Positions 17,002 through 26,526 of a stretch of DNA of 45,163 nucleotides are shown here, in pieces. Source of the DNA: a virus (lineage: Duplodnaviria; Caudoviricetes); IMG/VR virus record IMGVR_UViG_3300048902_000189, positions 1 through 45,163 of that record; one strand, given 5' to 3'. The position numbers were made by a program, and so were the translations under genes. The stretch's first letter is position 1. Every line of letters starts with the position of its first letter. The notes under the pieces are model-generated. The model was not told the origin of the DNA. It was given only the letters and a program-made list of their open reading frames with translations, and ran no database searches.

Positions 17002-17143
17002 CCCGCTCTTATGAGCGCCGGGGACGACCAGTCCCCGGGTAGTAGGTGGTAGGCGTGTGAAGCGAGTTCGCGAAGCGAACGATGCGGATGAGCGAGCGAA
17101 GCGAGCATCCGAGCCGTGCGCCTCGCAGGATGAGGGGGCGAGC

Positions 17144-17482
17144 ATGGAAGCGACGAAGCAGTCAGCGACGACCGCAGCACGGCCCTCCCCGGCCGGTGGC
17201 GCACCTCCATCGTCAACTCGCGGGGCTGGGGAGCGGGGAGCCGGGGCCCCCGTTCCCGATACTCCTCCCGTCGTGCGCGAACCTCGAGCCGGAGATGCCG
17301 TCGTGTTCACCGGCTGGAACAAGGGCGAGGAGGACCTGCACGCAGTGATCGCCAGGTCCTACGGCCCGATGCTGAAGGTGAACCTCTGCTACCTCACCCA
17401 GTTCGGGGAGTGGCGCGCCGCGGGCCCGTGTCCCTACGACCAGTCCGGTCACGTCGCCGGCTCATGGCGGTGGAGATCGTAG
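17144..17482 (+). CDS. Hypothetical protein
   Basis: GAGGGGG RBS; EPRAGDAVVF...GSWRW domain. Confidence 0.6.
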   Translation: MEATKQSATTAARPSPAGGAPPSSTRGAGERGAGAPVPDTPPVVREPRAGDAVVFTGWNKGEEDLHAVIARSYGPMLKVNLCYLTQFGEWRAAGPCPYDQSGHVAGSWRWRS

Positions 17483-17483
17483 C

Positions 17484-18191
17484 GTGGCCGGCGATGCCGA
17501 CTGGAAACTCTCCGACCAAGCCCTCGCCGCCGGACTCGCCGCCGCCGAAGGCATCGGAGCCATGCGTGTATCCCGCGCTCACGACCTGGGACTCGGCCGC
17601 ATCACCGACACCAACGGCATCGAACTCGGGAAGTTCAAGTCCGACGCCGAGACCGGATTCGTCCTCTGCCAGATCCACGGCCACGCCAAAGCCGTCGGTA
17701 GCGATGGGGTCTGGCGACAGACCGGCACCTGCGAGTGGTGCTTCAAGTCCACCCACTCGAAGGAAGCCATCGCCGAGCGCAAAGCCATCGTCGGCGACAA
17801 GTACGAGGCCGAACTCAAGCGCGCCGTCCGCGAACGCCTCGAGGCCGAGCAGGCGGAGATCGCCGCCCACCGCGCCGCGGTCGACGCAGCTGCCGCAGCC
17901 GAGGCGGACCCCGAGGCTGTGGTCGGTGCCCTGGATGCGGGCCCTGTGCCGCCGGTACAACTACCGGAGGCTGCGCGAAGCGTGGCCGGACCCGCACGAG
18001 TGGAACCGCGTCCTGCTCCTCGAGGACCCGCTCTCGGACCCGGCAGCATCTTCAACGATAGCCCGCTTGAGTGGGACGACTTCCTCCTCTTGGGGACCGA
18101 TCTTCGAGCAGGAGAGGGCGCTCGATCGGCAGAGGGACCTGGACCAGAGAGCGAGGAAAGCAGCGCGGCGGACCCTGATGATTTCCAGTAA
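17484..18191 (+). CDS. Hypothetical protein (CQIH...CEWC zinc motif); C-terminal frame is ambiguous
   Basis: GGAG RBS; GC3-rich until about 17930. Confidence 0.6.
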   Translation: MAGDADWKLSDQALAAGLAAAEGIGAMRVSRAHDLGLGRITDTNGIELGKFKSDAETGFVLCQIHGHAKAVGSDGVWRQTGTCEWCFKSTHSKEAIAERKAIVGDKYEAELKRAVRERLEAEQAEIAAHRAAVDAAAAAEADPEAVVGALDAGPVPPVQLPEAARSVAGPARVEPRPAPRGPALGPGSIFNDSPLEWDDFLLLGTDLRAGEGARSAEGPGPESEESSAADPDDFQ

Positions 18192-18291
18192 CGGCCCGCT
18201 CGCCGCCGCCGCGGTCGCGCGACTCATGGCCGATGGCGACGCCAAGCCGCGCCGCCACCGCGGCCGCAGGTAGCAGGCATGGGAGGCAAGG

Positions 18292-18723
18292 ATGCAACTC
18301 GCAGCACTGGTCGCGGCTTCGATGGCAGCCGGAGCGATCGTCGCCCTGGCGGCCGTCCTGATTTCACAGGCGTGGTCGAAGTCGACGCTCGACTACTCGA
18401 CCAAGGTCCTGGACCTGGCGCTCAAGAACCTGATCGCGGCGGAGAAGGACGAGAAGCGCCAGCAGGTGCTGAGCGGGCTGGTGAAGTCGGTGAGCGAGAT
18501 GGAGACCATGGTGGCGAACATCTTCGCCACGGTCTACAAGAACAACCGCACGATCATCACGAGGCCGGTCCAGCAGGGGGAACTCCCGCCCCAGAAGCCG
18601 GGAGAGCGGAGCCCGCTACTGCAAACGGAGCCGCTCCCGCCGGAGGGATTGGACGACGAGCCGACGGAAGCGAGACCCCGCGGCGCGAAGCCACTCGAGC
18701 GCGCCTTAGGCGTGCCTACCTGA
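18292..18723 (+). CDS. Membrane-anchored hypothetical protein
   Basis: GGAGG RBS; hydrophobic N-terminus. Confidence 0.7.
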   Translation: MQLAALVAASMAAGAIVALAAVLISQAWSKSTLDYSTKVLDLALKNLIAAEKDEKRQQVLSGLVKSVSEMETMVANIFATVYKNNRTIITRPVQQGELPPQKPGERSPLLQTEPLPPEGLDDEPTEARPRGAKPLERALGVPT

Positions 18724-18992
18724 TCTGGTGCGCCAGCCCACCGCCCACCCGCGCGCCGGCCACCGAGGACGCCTTCTGCGCGCTGTGGAAAACCGAGCCC
18801 ATCGTCTTGGCCCGCATCCGCGCCGAGGATGGGTTCTTCCCCGCCGTCGTCAGCGAGAAGGGCCCGTGGCTCGCACGCATGGCTGACGTCAGGAACGCCG
18901 TGCTCCAGAACGCGCTCGACCCGAAGTGTCAGGACCAGGCGGGCTGGATCAAACGCTACGCCGCCATGCTGGGCGTCGAGTTGAACTGGTGA
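18720..18992 (+). CDS. Putative terminase small subunit / HTH-like protein (start uncertain)
   Basis: AYLIWCASPP..R.PAT..AF..LW...R+ADV.NA pattern and position two genes upstream of terL. Confidence 0.4.
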   Translation: MIWCASPPPTRAPATEDAFCALWKTEPIVLARIRAEDGFFPAVVSEKGPWLARMADVRNAVLQNALDPKCQDQAGWIKRYAAMLGVELNW

Positions 18993-19378
18993 GCCCGCAC
19001 CCGAGCGACCACCGCGGACCCCGCGCGGTCCAGACATGGAACAACGTCGCCATGGTCGTCGGCGACGGTGCGCGTGACGTGAGGGACGCCACCCGCTACG
19101 TCGAGGCGTTGCCCAAGAGCGCGCAGGTGTTCCTCTGCGCCCCGACCGAGATAGCGACGAAGTTGGTCGAGACCGCCAAGGAGCGAGAGGTGTTCGTCCA
19201 GCGGTGCCCGACCCCCGGCGATACCGTGCGCGTCGCCCACGTCGCCGTCGTGTTCGGCCGCTGCCCGTTCGACGAACGAGACATCGAGATACTCGCCGAG
19301 CAGGGTATCCCGGTCGAGTACGACATGCGCCAGCGCAAGCGCGGCGGTGGTGCCCCGGGTGTCCGCCGCAAAGCGTAG
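18989..19378 (+). CDS. Hypothetical protein
   Basis: GTGA overlap. Confidence 0.6.
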   Translation: MSPHPSDHRGPRAVQTWNNVAMVVGDGARDVRDATRYVEALPKSAQVFLCAPTEIATKLVETAKEREVFVQRCPTPGDTVRVAHVAVVFGRCPFDERDIEILAEQGIPVEYDMRQRKRGGGAPGVRRKA

Positions 19379-21140
19379 CCTCACCCTCGAACAACTCGGG
19401 GACCAGCGCGAGGCGTACTTCGAGTCCTGCCTCAAGATCGAGCCGAAGGACGTGCGCCTCGGCATGATCCCGCTCGCGCTGAAGAAGGAGCAGAAGCGCC
19501 TCGGCAGCATCGTCGATCACGAGCGCCGACAAGGCCGCCCGCCGAAGGTCGTCATCCTCAAGAGCCGCCGCATCGGCGCTTCCACCTGGACCGAGGCCGA
19601 GCTGTTCCGCGAGTGCCACACCAAGCACAACCGAAAGGCCCTGGTCGTCGCCAACGACACCGACTCCGCGGACATCATCTTCCGCATGTCGCAACTGTTC
19701 TACGACAACCTGCCGCCGAGCGCCCAGCCCGAGCTTCGCTACGCGACCAAGAAGCTGCTCGACTTCAAGCACAACAACTCGCGCATGCAGGTGATCGCCG
19801 CCGGAGGCCGCGGCTTCGCCGCCACCCACCTGCACATCTCCGAGCTGGCGTGGATTGCAGACGCCGACGAGTTGATGACGGCGCTACTCCAGACCGTGCC
19901 CGACACCCCGGACACCCTCGTGGTCGCCGAGAGCACGCCGAACGGTGTCGGCAACTACTTCCATAACCTGTGGGTGAACGCGGTCGCCAAGAAGAACGAC
20001 TGGGTGCCGTTCTTCAGCCCGTGGTTCGAGGACGAGACGGCGCACATGACGCCGTGGTTCGAGGAGTCGGACCTCACCCCGCACGACCTCACCCTCGTTC
20101 GTACGCACAACCTCTCGCTGCGCCAGATCGCGTGGTACATCAGCGTCCGCGAGAACAAGCTGAACGGCGACCAGGACAAGATGGACCAGGAGTACCCGAG
20201 CGACCCCATCACCTGTTTCCTCGCCTCGGGCCGCAAGGTGTTCGACGCCGAGCACCTGCGCTTCTACATGGACGCCGCCGCGGCGGCGGAGGCCGCGGGC
20301 GAGCTGCCGCCCGAGGTGGAGATCGAGGCGAACCCGAACGACAAGCACTCGGTCTCCATCCGCGTCGTCCGTCGCGGGCGCTGGCGCATCTACCGGCCGC
20401 CGCAGCCGCGCTACAAGTACATCGTCGGCGTCGACACCGCATCCGGCGACCCCGGCGGAGACTTCACTCCGATCGTCGTCCTGAACCGACACACGCTCGA
20501 CGTCGATGCGGTGTTCTACGCCCGGCTCGACCCCGACCTGCTCGCACAGATGGCCGGCATGATCGCGTGGTGGTACAACGGCGCCAAGATCGCGGGCGAG
20601 GCCAACAACCACGGCGTCCTGTTCTTCGACACGCTGCTGAAGCGGGTGCAGTACCACAACGTCTACTACCGGCTCGTGGACGAGAAGTCCGTGACCGGCA
20701 AGGTCAGCGAGAAGCCCGGCTTCTGGACCTCGGACGCCAACCGCGCGCCGCTGTTCGACCTCGGACGCCAGTACGTGCGGAACCACGCCGGCCGCTGCAT
20801 CGACCCGAGCCTCCTGAAAGAGTGGACGGAGATGTTCTACGCGGACAACAACCGCATCGACCACCCGAAGGGCGGCTACATCGACGGCACCCAGGCGCTC
20901 TGCATGGCCGTGTACGTCCACCACGGCAGCTACGAGGGCACGCTGGCCCCGTTGCCGCTTGAGATGACGCAAGCCGCCGTGTCCATGTACCGTGATAACC
21001 GGGTCAGGCGCTCCATGGGCATCCCCGAGCAGGAGATCGACATCGGGCGGCTGACCATGGACCAGATTCAGGCGCTCGATAACGCCGAGGACCGCAGGAA
21101 GCGGCTCCGCGAGCGCACCGGCCTTGGGGGGACACGGTGA
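19347..21140 (+). CDS. terL: Terminase large subunit
   Basis: Walker A-like ILKSRRIGAST, Walker B LHISELA, motif III ESTPNGVGNYF, QEYPS, nuclease IVGVDTASG and EANNHG. Confidence 0.95.
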   Translation: MVPRVSAAKRSLTLEQLGDQREAYFESCLKIEPKDVRLGMIPLALKKEQKRLGSIVDHERRQGRPPKVVILKSRRIGASTWTEAELFRECHTKHNRKALVVANDTDSADIIFRMSQLFYDNLPPSAQPELRYATKKLLDFKHNNSRMQVIAAGGRGFAATHLHISELAWIADADELMTALLQTVPDTPDTLVVAESTPNGVGNYFHNLWVNAVAKKNDWVPFFSPWFEDETAHMTPWFEESDLTPHDLTLVRTHNLSLRQIAWYISVRENKLNGDQDKMDQEYPSDPITCFLASGRKVFDAEHLRFYMDAAAAAEAAGELPPEVEIEANPNDKHSVSIRVVRRGRWRIYRPPQPRYKYIVGVDTASGDPGGDFTPIVVLNRHTLDVDAVFYARLDPDLLAQMAGMIAWWYNGAKIAGEANNHGVLFFDTLLKRVQYHNVYYRLVDEKSVTGKVSEKPGFWTSDANRAPLFDLGRQYVRNHAGRCIDPSLLKEWTEMFYADNNRIDHPKGGYIDGTQALCMAVYVHHGSYEGTLAPLPLEMTQAAVSMYRDNRVRRSMGIPEQEIDIGRLTMDQIQALDNAEDRRKRLRERTGLGGTR

Positions 21141-21445
21141 ACCAGGCTGACGACAAACTCGCCGAGGACGCTCGCGGGCTCGACCCGCGGTTCAAGGTCG
21201 CCTTCGACCTACCTGACTGCTTCGTCTGCGGCAAGCAGATCACGCGCACCAACTTCATCAGCGTGGTCACGCAGGCGACCGTGCCGCTCCACGCGCACAG
21301 CGAGTGCTGCGACGGCCACTTCGACGAGAGCGGCTCGCCCGACGGCTGGCTGTTCCGCAAGCTGCTCCAGGCGGTCGGCGCCGCCATCGAGGGCAGGAGC
21401 GAGATGACCCCCGGTCCCGTCACCATCCACGGCGGCTTCGTATGA
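21137..21445 (+). CDS. Hypothetical protein (CFVC...HSECC)
   Basis: GTGA overlap. Confidence 0.65.
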   Translation: MNQADDKLAEDARGLDPRFKVAFDLPDCFVCGKQITRTNFISVVTQATVPLHAHSECCDGHFDESGSPDGWLFRKLLQAVGAAIEGRSEMTPGPVTIHGGFV

Positions 21446-21651
21446 GCACCATCGTCGGCGCGTTCTTCGGCGGCCCGGACGACGGCGCGACGCTCCTGCT
21501 GACGCCCGACGACCTAGCGCGCGGGTTCGTCGATACGATCGACCCGGCCGGCAACACCGTCCGCCACACCATCGTCAAACTCGACATCCCGAAGCAGGTT
21601 TTCGACTCCGTGGTCGACTACGAGTTGAGGCCGACGGAGGGCGTGTGGTGA
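21442..21651 (+). CDS. Hypothetical protein (FFGGPDDG motif)
   Basis: ATGA overlap. Confidence 0.65.
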   Translation: MSTIVGAFFGGPDDGATLLLTPDDLARGFVDTIDPAGNTVRHTIVKLDIPKQVFDSVVDYELRPTEGVW

Positions 21652-22103
21652 AGGAGTGGGAGGCCCACTGCTGGGCGTGCGGCGAGTCGCAGCGCCCGGT
21701 CGAGTCCTCGGCGATGCCCGAGGAGATGCCCGCACCATGCCCGTGCCCGGCCGGGCCGCGGGCTGTCCGCTGGCGCGAGCGCCTGCCGCGTGCGGCGCGC
21801 GTCTACCACGGCATCCGCCTGAGCGGGTTCTCCACCTCTGACAGCGACTTCACGCCGCACTGGAACGCCGCGTTCGGCTGCACCGTGCGCTCGCTCGATC
21901 ACATGAAGCACCTCCAGCGCCAGCACGGTGTCAGCGACGTGGTGGTCAAGGGCGACGGGGCCGAGCGGAACGCGCCACGAGACATCACGCGGCGCATCAG
22001 GCGCCACGCCGACTTCGCCGAGCAGGTCGCCACCGGCAAGAGCTTCGAGACCGGGCGCGGAGTCGCCGTCGAGTTCGTCGACCCCGAGGAGGACGTCGAG
22101 TGA
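21648..22103 (+). CDS. FmdB-like zinc-ribbon protein
   Basis: WEAHCWACG...PCPC; position before the portal. Confidence 0.55.
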   Translation: MKEWEAHCWACGESQRPVESSAMPEEMPAPCPCPAGPRAVRWRERLPRAARVYHGIRLSGFSTSDSDFTPHWNAAFGCTVRSLDHMKHLQRQHGVSDVVVKGDGAERNAPRDITRRIRRHADFAEQVATGKSFETGRGVAVEFVDPEEDVE

Positions 22104-23998
22104 AGCCGACCCTGTTCGTGAAGCCGGGCAACATGACGAACGGCATCCCCACCGGCAGCTTCTTCGTCGCCCACACCCGGCTCGAGCCCAAGGTCGACCC
22201 GCTCCGCGGTCTCTCCGACGACCAGTTCAAAGGCTGGTTCTTCTCGCGGTTCCGCGACTCGTACGACGCGCGCAAGCCCGAGGTCGAGCGCCTGAAGCTC
22301 ATGGACGCCTACTACCACGGCCAGCACTTCATGACGCCGCAGATGAACCGCGAGCTGAAGGTCACGAACCTGTGTTACGCCACCGTCGAGACCGTGGTCC
22401 CGGTGATGACGGAGATGCGGCCGCGCCCGGAGATCATCCCGCGCCGCCAGTACCAGCAGGACGAAATCACCGCCGTGCAGGAGTACGCGCAGTGGCTGAT
22501 GGACGTCAACGAGTGGGACCTGAACCACCAGGTCAACACGCGCGAGAAGTGCATCTACGGCTGGTGCGTCCACCTGATCGTCGTCGACCCCAAGACCGGC
22601 ATCGCCTACCCGAAGCCGTACTCGCCGTACAACTTCTACCCCGACCCGTTCGCGACGCACGAGGACAGTCTCGAGTTCTTCTTCCTCGCCCAGCCCGTGC
22701 CGACTGACTGGTTGAAGGAGAAGTACCCGGACGTCGCCGACCAGATCACGCCGGACAACATCGCGTCGCCGTCGTACGACGCGCTCCAGCGGCCGTTCTT
22801 CGACGCCTACGACATGGGTGGCGACTACGACACGCTCGACGGCATCATGGGCGGCCGCTTCAACCTGGAGACGCCGCTCTACTCCGGGCAGTCGCAGGAG
22901 GAGAACACCGGCAGCGCCGGCCTCGTGCCGTCCGACTACGGCAAGATGCGGAACACCGGCACGACCTTCCTCATCACCGGCTTCTTCCGCGACCGGCGCA
23001 TGATGTCCGTCAACTACGCGGGCGACGTCGCCGCCCCCGATGCCTCGGACCCGACGGGCGCCGCGTTCGTGCATACGCCGAGCATGAAGCCCTACCGGCT
23101 CTCCGAGCCCGTGTGCCGCTCCGGCTGGTGCGTGAGCGCCTACACCGCCGGGGGCACCTGCCTCCAGAAGCCGAAGGCCCTCGACGAGTGCTTCCTCGGT
23201 GTCCCGTTCGAGATCGGGCGCGACTACGCGCGCAACGGCCGCTTCTACGGCGTCGGCGAGCTGGACAACCTCATCTCCATCAACCGCGCCATCAACCAGC
23301 GGAACGCGGCCCTGAAGCGGTCGCTCGAGTACGAGTGCATCCCGATCATGGTCGCCGACACCGACACGGGCATCGACATCGACCAGCGCGCCGTGGAGCC
23401 GGGCGAGGTGCTGAAGAAGATGCGCGGCTCGGAAATCAAGTGGCTGCCGTTCGAGGGCGCGAGCGCCCAGCAGTTCCAGATGCTCGACATGGAGAAGATC
23501 GACGCCGACACCGTGACCGGCATCCACGACGTCAGCCAGGGCCGGCGCCCCGAGGGCATCGAGGCCGGCGTCGCCATCGAGAACCTCCAAGCGGCGGCCG
23601 AGAAGCGCATCCGCGGCAAGGAGGTCGCCGCCTTCATCGAGTACACGCGGTTGCTCAAGAAGGTGATGTACGCGACCGGCTGCAAGGCGCGTCAGGACAT
23701 CTTCTTCCGCGGCTCGAACGGGATGGTGAAGCGGCTCGACCCGGCGTGGCTCTGCTACGAGTACGACGTCCGGTTCGCGCAAGGGTCCGGGTCCGCGCTC
23801 GGCCGGGCGGCGAACGAGCAGAAGTACCTCGGGCTCGCCCAGGCGGGGCTGATCGACCAGCAGACGGCGCTCGAGGCCATGGGCGTGCCGAACATCCCGG
23901 TCATCCTCGAGCGGCTCGCGGCGCAGGCGCAGATACAGCAGGCAGCGCAGGCGAAGGCGTCCGGCGCCGCCGTCCCGGCAGGGCCACCGCAACGCTAG
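22100..23998 (+). CDS. Portal protein (P22-like)
   Basis: 632 aa following terL; FYPDP, FYGVGELDNL, TGIHDVSQG...AGVAIENLQ, Q-rich C-terminus. Confidence 0.9.
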   Translation: MKPTLFVKPGNMTNGIPTGSFFVAHTRLEPKVDPLRGLSDDQFKGWFFSRFRDSYDARKPEVERLKLMDAYYHGQHFMTPQMNRELKVTNLCYATVETVVPVMTEMRPRPEIIPRRQYQQDEITAVQEYAQWLMDVNEWDLNHQVNTREKCIYGWCVHLIVVDPKTGIAYPKPYSPYNFYPDPFATHEDSLEFFFLAQPVPTDWLKEKYPDVADQITPDNIASPSYDALQRPFFDAYDMGGDYDTLDGIMGGRFNLETPLYSGQSQEENTGSAGLVPSDYGKMRNTGTTFLITGFFRDRRMMSVNYAGDVAAPDASDPTGAAFVHTPSMKPYRLSEPVCRSGWCVSAYTAGGTCLQKPKALDECFLGVPFEIGRDYARNGRFYGVGELDNLISINRAINQRNAALKRSLEYECIPIMVADTDTGIDIDQRAVEPGEVLKKMRGSEIKWLPFEGASAQQFQMLDMEKIDADTVTGIHDVSQGRRPEGIEAGVAIENLQAAAEKRIRGKEVAAFIEYTRLLKKVMYATGCKARQDIFFRGSNGMVKRLDPAWLCYEYDVRFAQGSGSALGRAANEQKYLGLAQAGLIDQQTALEAMGVPNIPVILERLAAQAQIQQAAQAKASGAAVPAGPPQR

Positions 23999-24035
23999 GT
24001 TGAAAGTTCCCGGCCTCTTGTTTGAGGCTTGAGTC

Positions 24036-24305
24036 ATGGCACTTCCCGCGCGCGCGATCGGTAACGCGGTCGACCGGCTCTACGCTGCCCGCTCCGGCGG
24101 CAAGGCGAAGCCGAAGAAGCCCGTGCGCGTGAACCTCGGCCAGAAGGGCAGCTTCACGATCAAGCACCCGGGCGCGTTCCGCGCGAAGGCGCAGGCTGCG
24201 GGTGAATCGACGGCTGCGTACGCGCAGAAGATGAAAGGCGCCGGCGGTGTCACGGGGCGGCAGGCGCGCTCCGCGATCGGCCTCATGGCGATGGGACACA
24301 AGTGA
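24036..24305 (+). CDS. Small basic virion-associated protein (IKHPGAF motif)
   Basis: K/R-rich; lies between portal and scaffold. Confidence 0.65.
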   Translation: MALPARAIGNAVDRLYAARSGGKAKPKKPVRVNLGQKGSFTIKHPGAFRAKAQAAGESTAAYAQKMKGAGGVTGRQARSAIGLMAMGHK

Positions 24306-24619
24306 GCGCAGGTCTCGACCAACCCGCCCCGTACTACTCGGACCCCGGCGACGACCAGCGCCCGATGACGCTCGACGAGCACGTCGACGCCATCATCGCG
24401 CAGGTCGGTGCCGACCGGCAGGTGACCCCCGACGAGATTCGCGCCGTCCAGCGCCTGCTGTCCGCCATCGGCTCCATCGCGCAGATGAACCAGGCGAAGG
24501 CCGCCGCCGGGCAGCAGGGCGAGCCGGTGAACGACGACGCCGAGCCGTTCGGAGCCAGCAGCGGCACCGAGGACGCACAACCCGAAGTGAACGAGGACGC
24601 GAGCTATGTTCAGGGGTGA
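24302..24619 (+). CDS. Hypothetical acidic protein
   Basis: GTGA overlap. Confidence 0.65.
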   Translation: MSAGLDQPAPYYSDPGDDQRPMTLDEHVDAIIAQVGADRQVTPDEIRAVQRLLSAIGSIAQMNQAKAAAGQQGEPVNDDAEPFGASSGTEDAQPEVNEDASYVQG

Positions 24620-25379
24620 CGAGGAGACCAGCGACTTCGTGCCCGGTTCCCTGGGCACCATGATCGACGACACGACGGGTCTGCCCGTCGCGCCCGCGAA
24701 GGCCGAGGACCCGCCGAAGGAGCCCGCGAAGGAACCGGCCAAGGAGCCGGCCGCGCCGGAGCCCGCGGACGAGCCGGCCGGCAACGCCGAGGGTGAGGAC
24801 GACTTCGAGGAGCTGACGCTCGACGACATCGACGAGCGCATCGGCGAGAAGGTCAGCGCGGCCATCACCAAGGCCCAGCGCGACAACGCCGCGGCCGATG
24901 CCGACGACGACCTCGACCCCGACACGAAGGCGCTTCGCGCCGAGAACGCGAAGCTGAAGCAGGACCTCGCCGATCGCGAGAAGGCGATCGCCGAGCAGAC
25001 GGAGCGGACCGTCAAGGCCAACATCCGTCACCAGGTCGCCTCCGCCAGTGGCAAGTACAAGATGACCTCGCAGGAGATCGCGACGGTCGTCAGCTACATG
25101 GAGGCGAACGCCGACCTCATCGTCGGCGAGAGCGGTATGAAGTTCGAGGAGGCTGCGTTGCGGCGACTGCCGCACCTGCGCGACCGCCTCAAGACCTCGC
25201 CCGACCCCTCGCCGAGAACCGGCGACGGCAAGGCCGAAGGTGTCGTCGACACGCCGGCGGCGTCTGGCGCCGGGGCCCCGAAACCGTGGCAGCACACGCC
25301 GAAGTCCGGGGACTACTCCGACATCACGCAGCACGAACTTGCGACTGGCGGGGCCGCGAAACTCGGCCGCCATACGTAA
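24606..25379 (+). CDS. Capsid scaffolding protein
   Basis: Acidic, PAKE repeats, coiled coil; immediately upstream of the capsid gene. Confidence 0.7.
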   Translation: MFRGDEETSDFVPGSLGTMIDDTTGLPVAPAKAEDPPKEPAKEPAKEPAAPEPADEPAGNAEGEDDFEELTLDDIDERIGEKVSAAITKAQRDNAAADADDDLDPDTKALRAENAKLKQDLADREKAIAEQTERTVKANIRHQVASASGKYKMTSQEIATVVSYMEANADLIVGESGMKFEEAALRRLPHLRDRLKTSPDPSPRTGDGKAEGVVDTPAASGAGAPKPWQHTPKSGDYSDITQHELATGGAAKLGRHT

Positions 25380-25413
25380 GCCACGGCTCGGACACCAATA
25401 GGGGGGCGCCGCG

Positions 25414-26457
25414 ATGGCGTTCACAATCAACTTCGACATGGTGAGTTCGCTCGCGGCGAACCGCCACGTTCCGAAGCTCAAGGACAACTTCTTCCTCTCG
25501 AACGCGCTGCTCTACCGCTGGAAGCCGCAGCAGAAAAACTGGCGCGGCGGTCCGGCGCTGATCGTGCCCCTGGGCTTCGCGCCCGAGGGCGGCGGTGGCT
25601 CGTTCTACTCCGGCTCGGACAAGTTCGACACGACCATCCGCAACCCGATCAAGGCGGCCAACTACTTCGCCAAGAACGCCCAGGTCACGGTGGCGATCGA
25701 CGGCGACGAGGAGCTGGCCTGCGACGGTGACACGGCGGTCCTCAACCTGCTCGAGCAGAAGATGAAGATCGCCGAGAACACGGCGGTCGACCTCATCGGC
25801 ACGGCGCTGTTCAACGACGGCACGAACGCCAAGGCGGTCGGCGGTCTCCAGCTGGCGCTGCCGGACAACATCACCGGCGCGAGCCAGACGTACGGCGGCA
25901 TCACGTGCGGCGGCTCGGCGGTGGCGTCGGACACGTTCGGCTGGTGGCAGCCCAACTCGGACAACACCGGCTACACGACCGGCTCGACGGGCTCGTTCTA
26001 CCAGAACACCGGCGTCAACCCGCTGTCGACGATGTTCGCGACCATCGGGTTCCGCTCGGGCAAGCAGCCGACGCTGATCGTGTCCAACTGGGGTTCGTGG
26101 ACGGAGTACCACAACTCGCTCGCGAAGAACGAGCGGTACGACCGTCCGCAGCAGTCGACGGGCATGGCGAAGGCGGGCTTCACGAACCTGATGTACCGCA
26201 ACGCGCCGTGGGTGGTCGACGAGCGGGCTCCGCACAACAGCTCGACGCACATCGAGAAGATCTACGTCATCGACGAGAAGGCTGTGTCGCTGTACCGCCA
26301 CCCGGCGCGGGACTTCTACTTCCGCAAGTGGCAGGACAGCTACGACCAGGACGCTCGCGTCGCGTACATCTTCCACCGCACGGAGCTGTGCTTCGACGAG
26401 CGCCGCAGCTCGGGCTGCATCAGCAACGTCAACGTCAACACGGTGTTCCCCGGCTAG
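25414..26457 (+). CDS. Major capsid protein
   Basis: 347 aa; L.DN+F.SN.LL, GG..+.VPL, YSG.D, AV+NLL..KM..AE, AGF.NLMY pattern of HK97-fold podovirus capsids. Confidence 0.88.
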   Translation: MAFTINFDMVSSLAANRHVPKLKDNFFLSNALLYRWKPQQKNWRGGPALIVPLGFAPEGGGGSFYSGSDKFDTTIRNPIKAANYFAKNAQVTVAIDGDEELACDGDTAVLNLLEQKMKIAENTAVDLIGTALFNDGTNAKAVGGLQLALPDNITGASQTYGGITCGGSAVASDTFGWWQPNSDNTGYTTGSTGSFYQNTGVNPLSTMFATIGFRSGKQPTLIVSNWGSWTEYHNSLAKNERYDRPQQSTGMAKAGFTNLMYRNAPWVVDERAPHNSSTHIEKIYVIDEKAVSLYRHPARDFYFRKWQDSYDQDARVAYIFHRTELCFDERRSSGCISNVNVNTVFPG

Positions 26458-26526
26458 TACCGAGGACGCTGCGGGCGGGGCCGCGATTACGAGGCGGCTC
26501 CGCACCGCACAGAAGGGAGGAGAGCC

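Noticed and set aside
24700-24785. 12-bp tandem repeats
   Set aside because: They encode PAKE repeats in the disordered scaffold N-terminus
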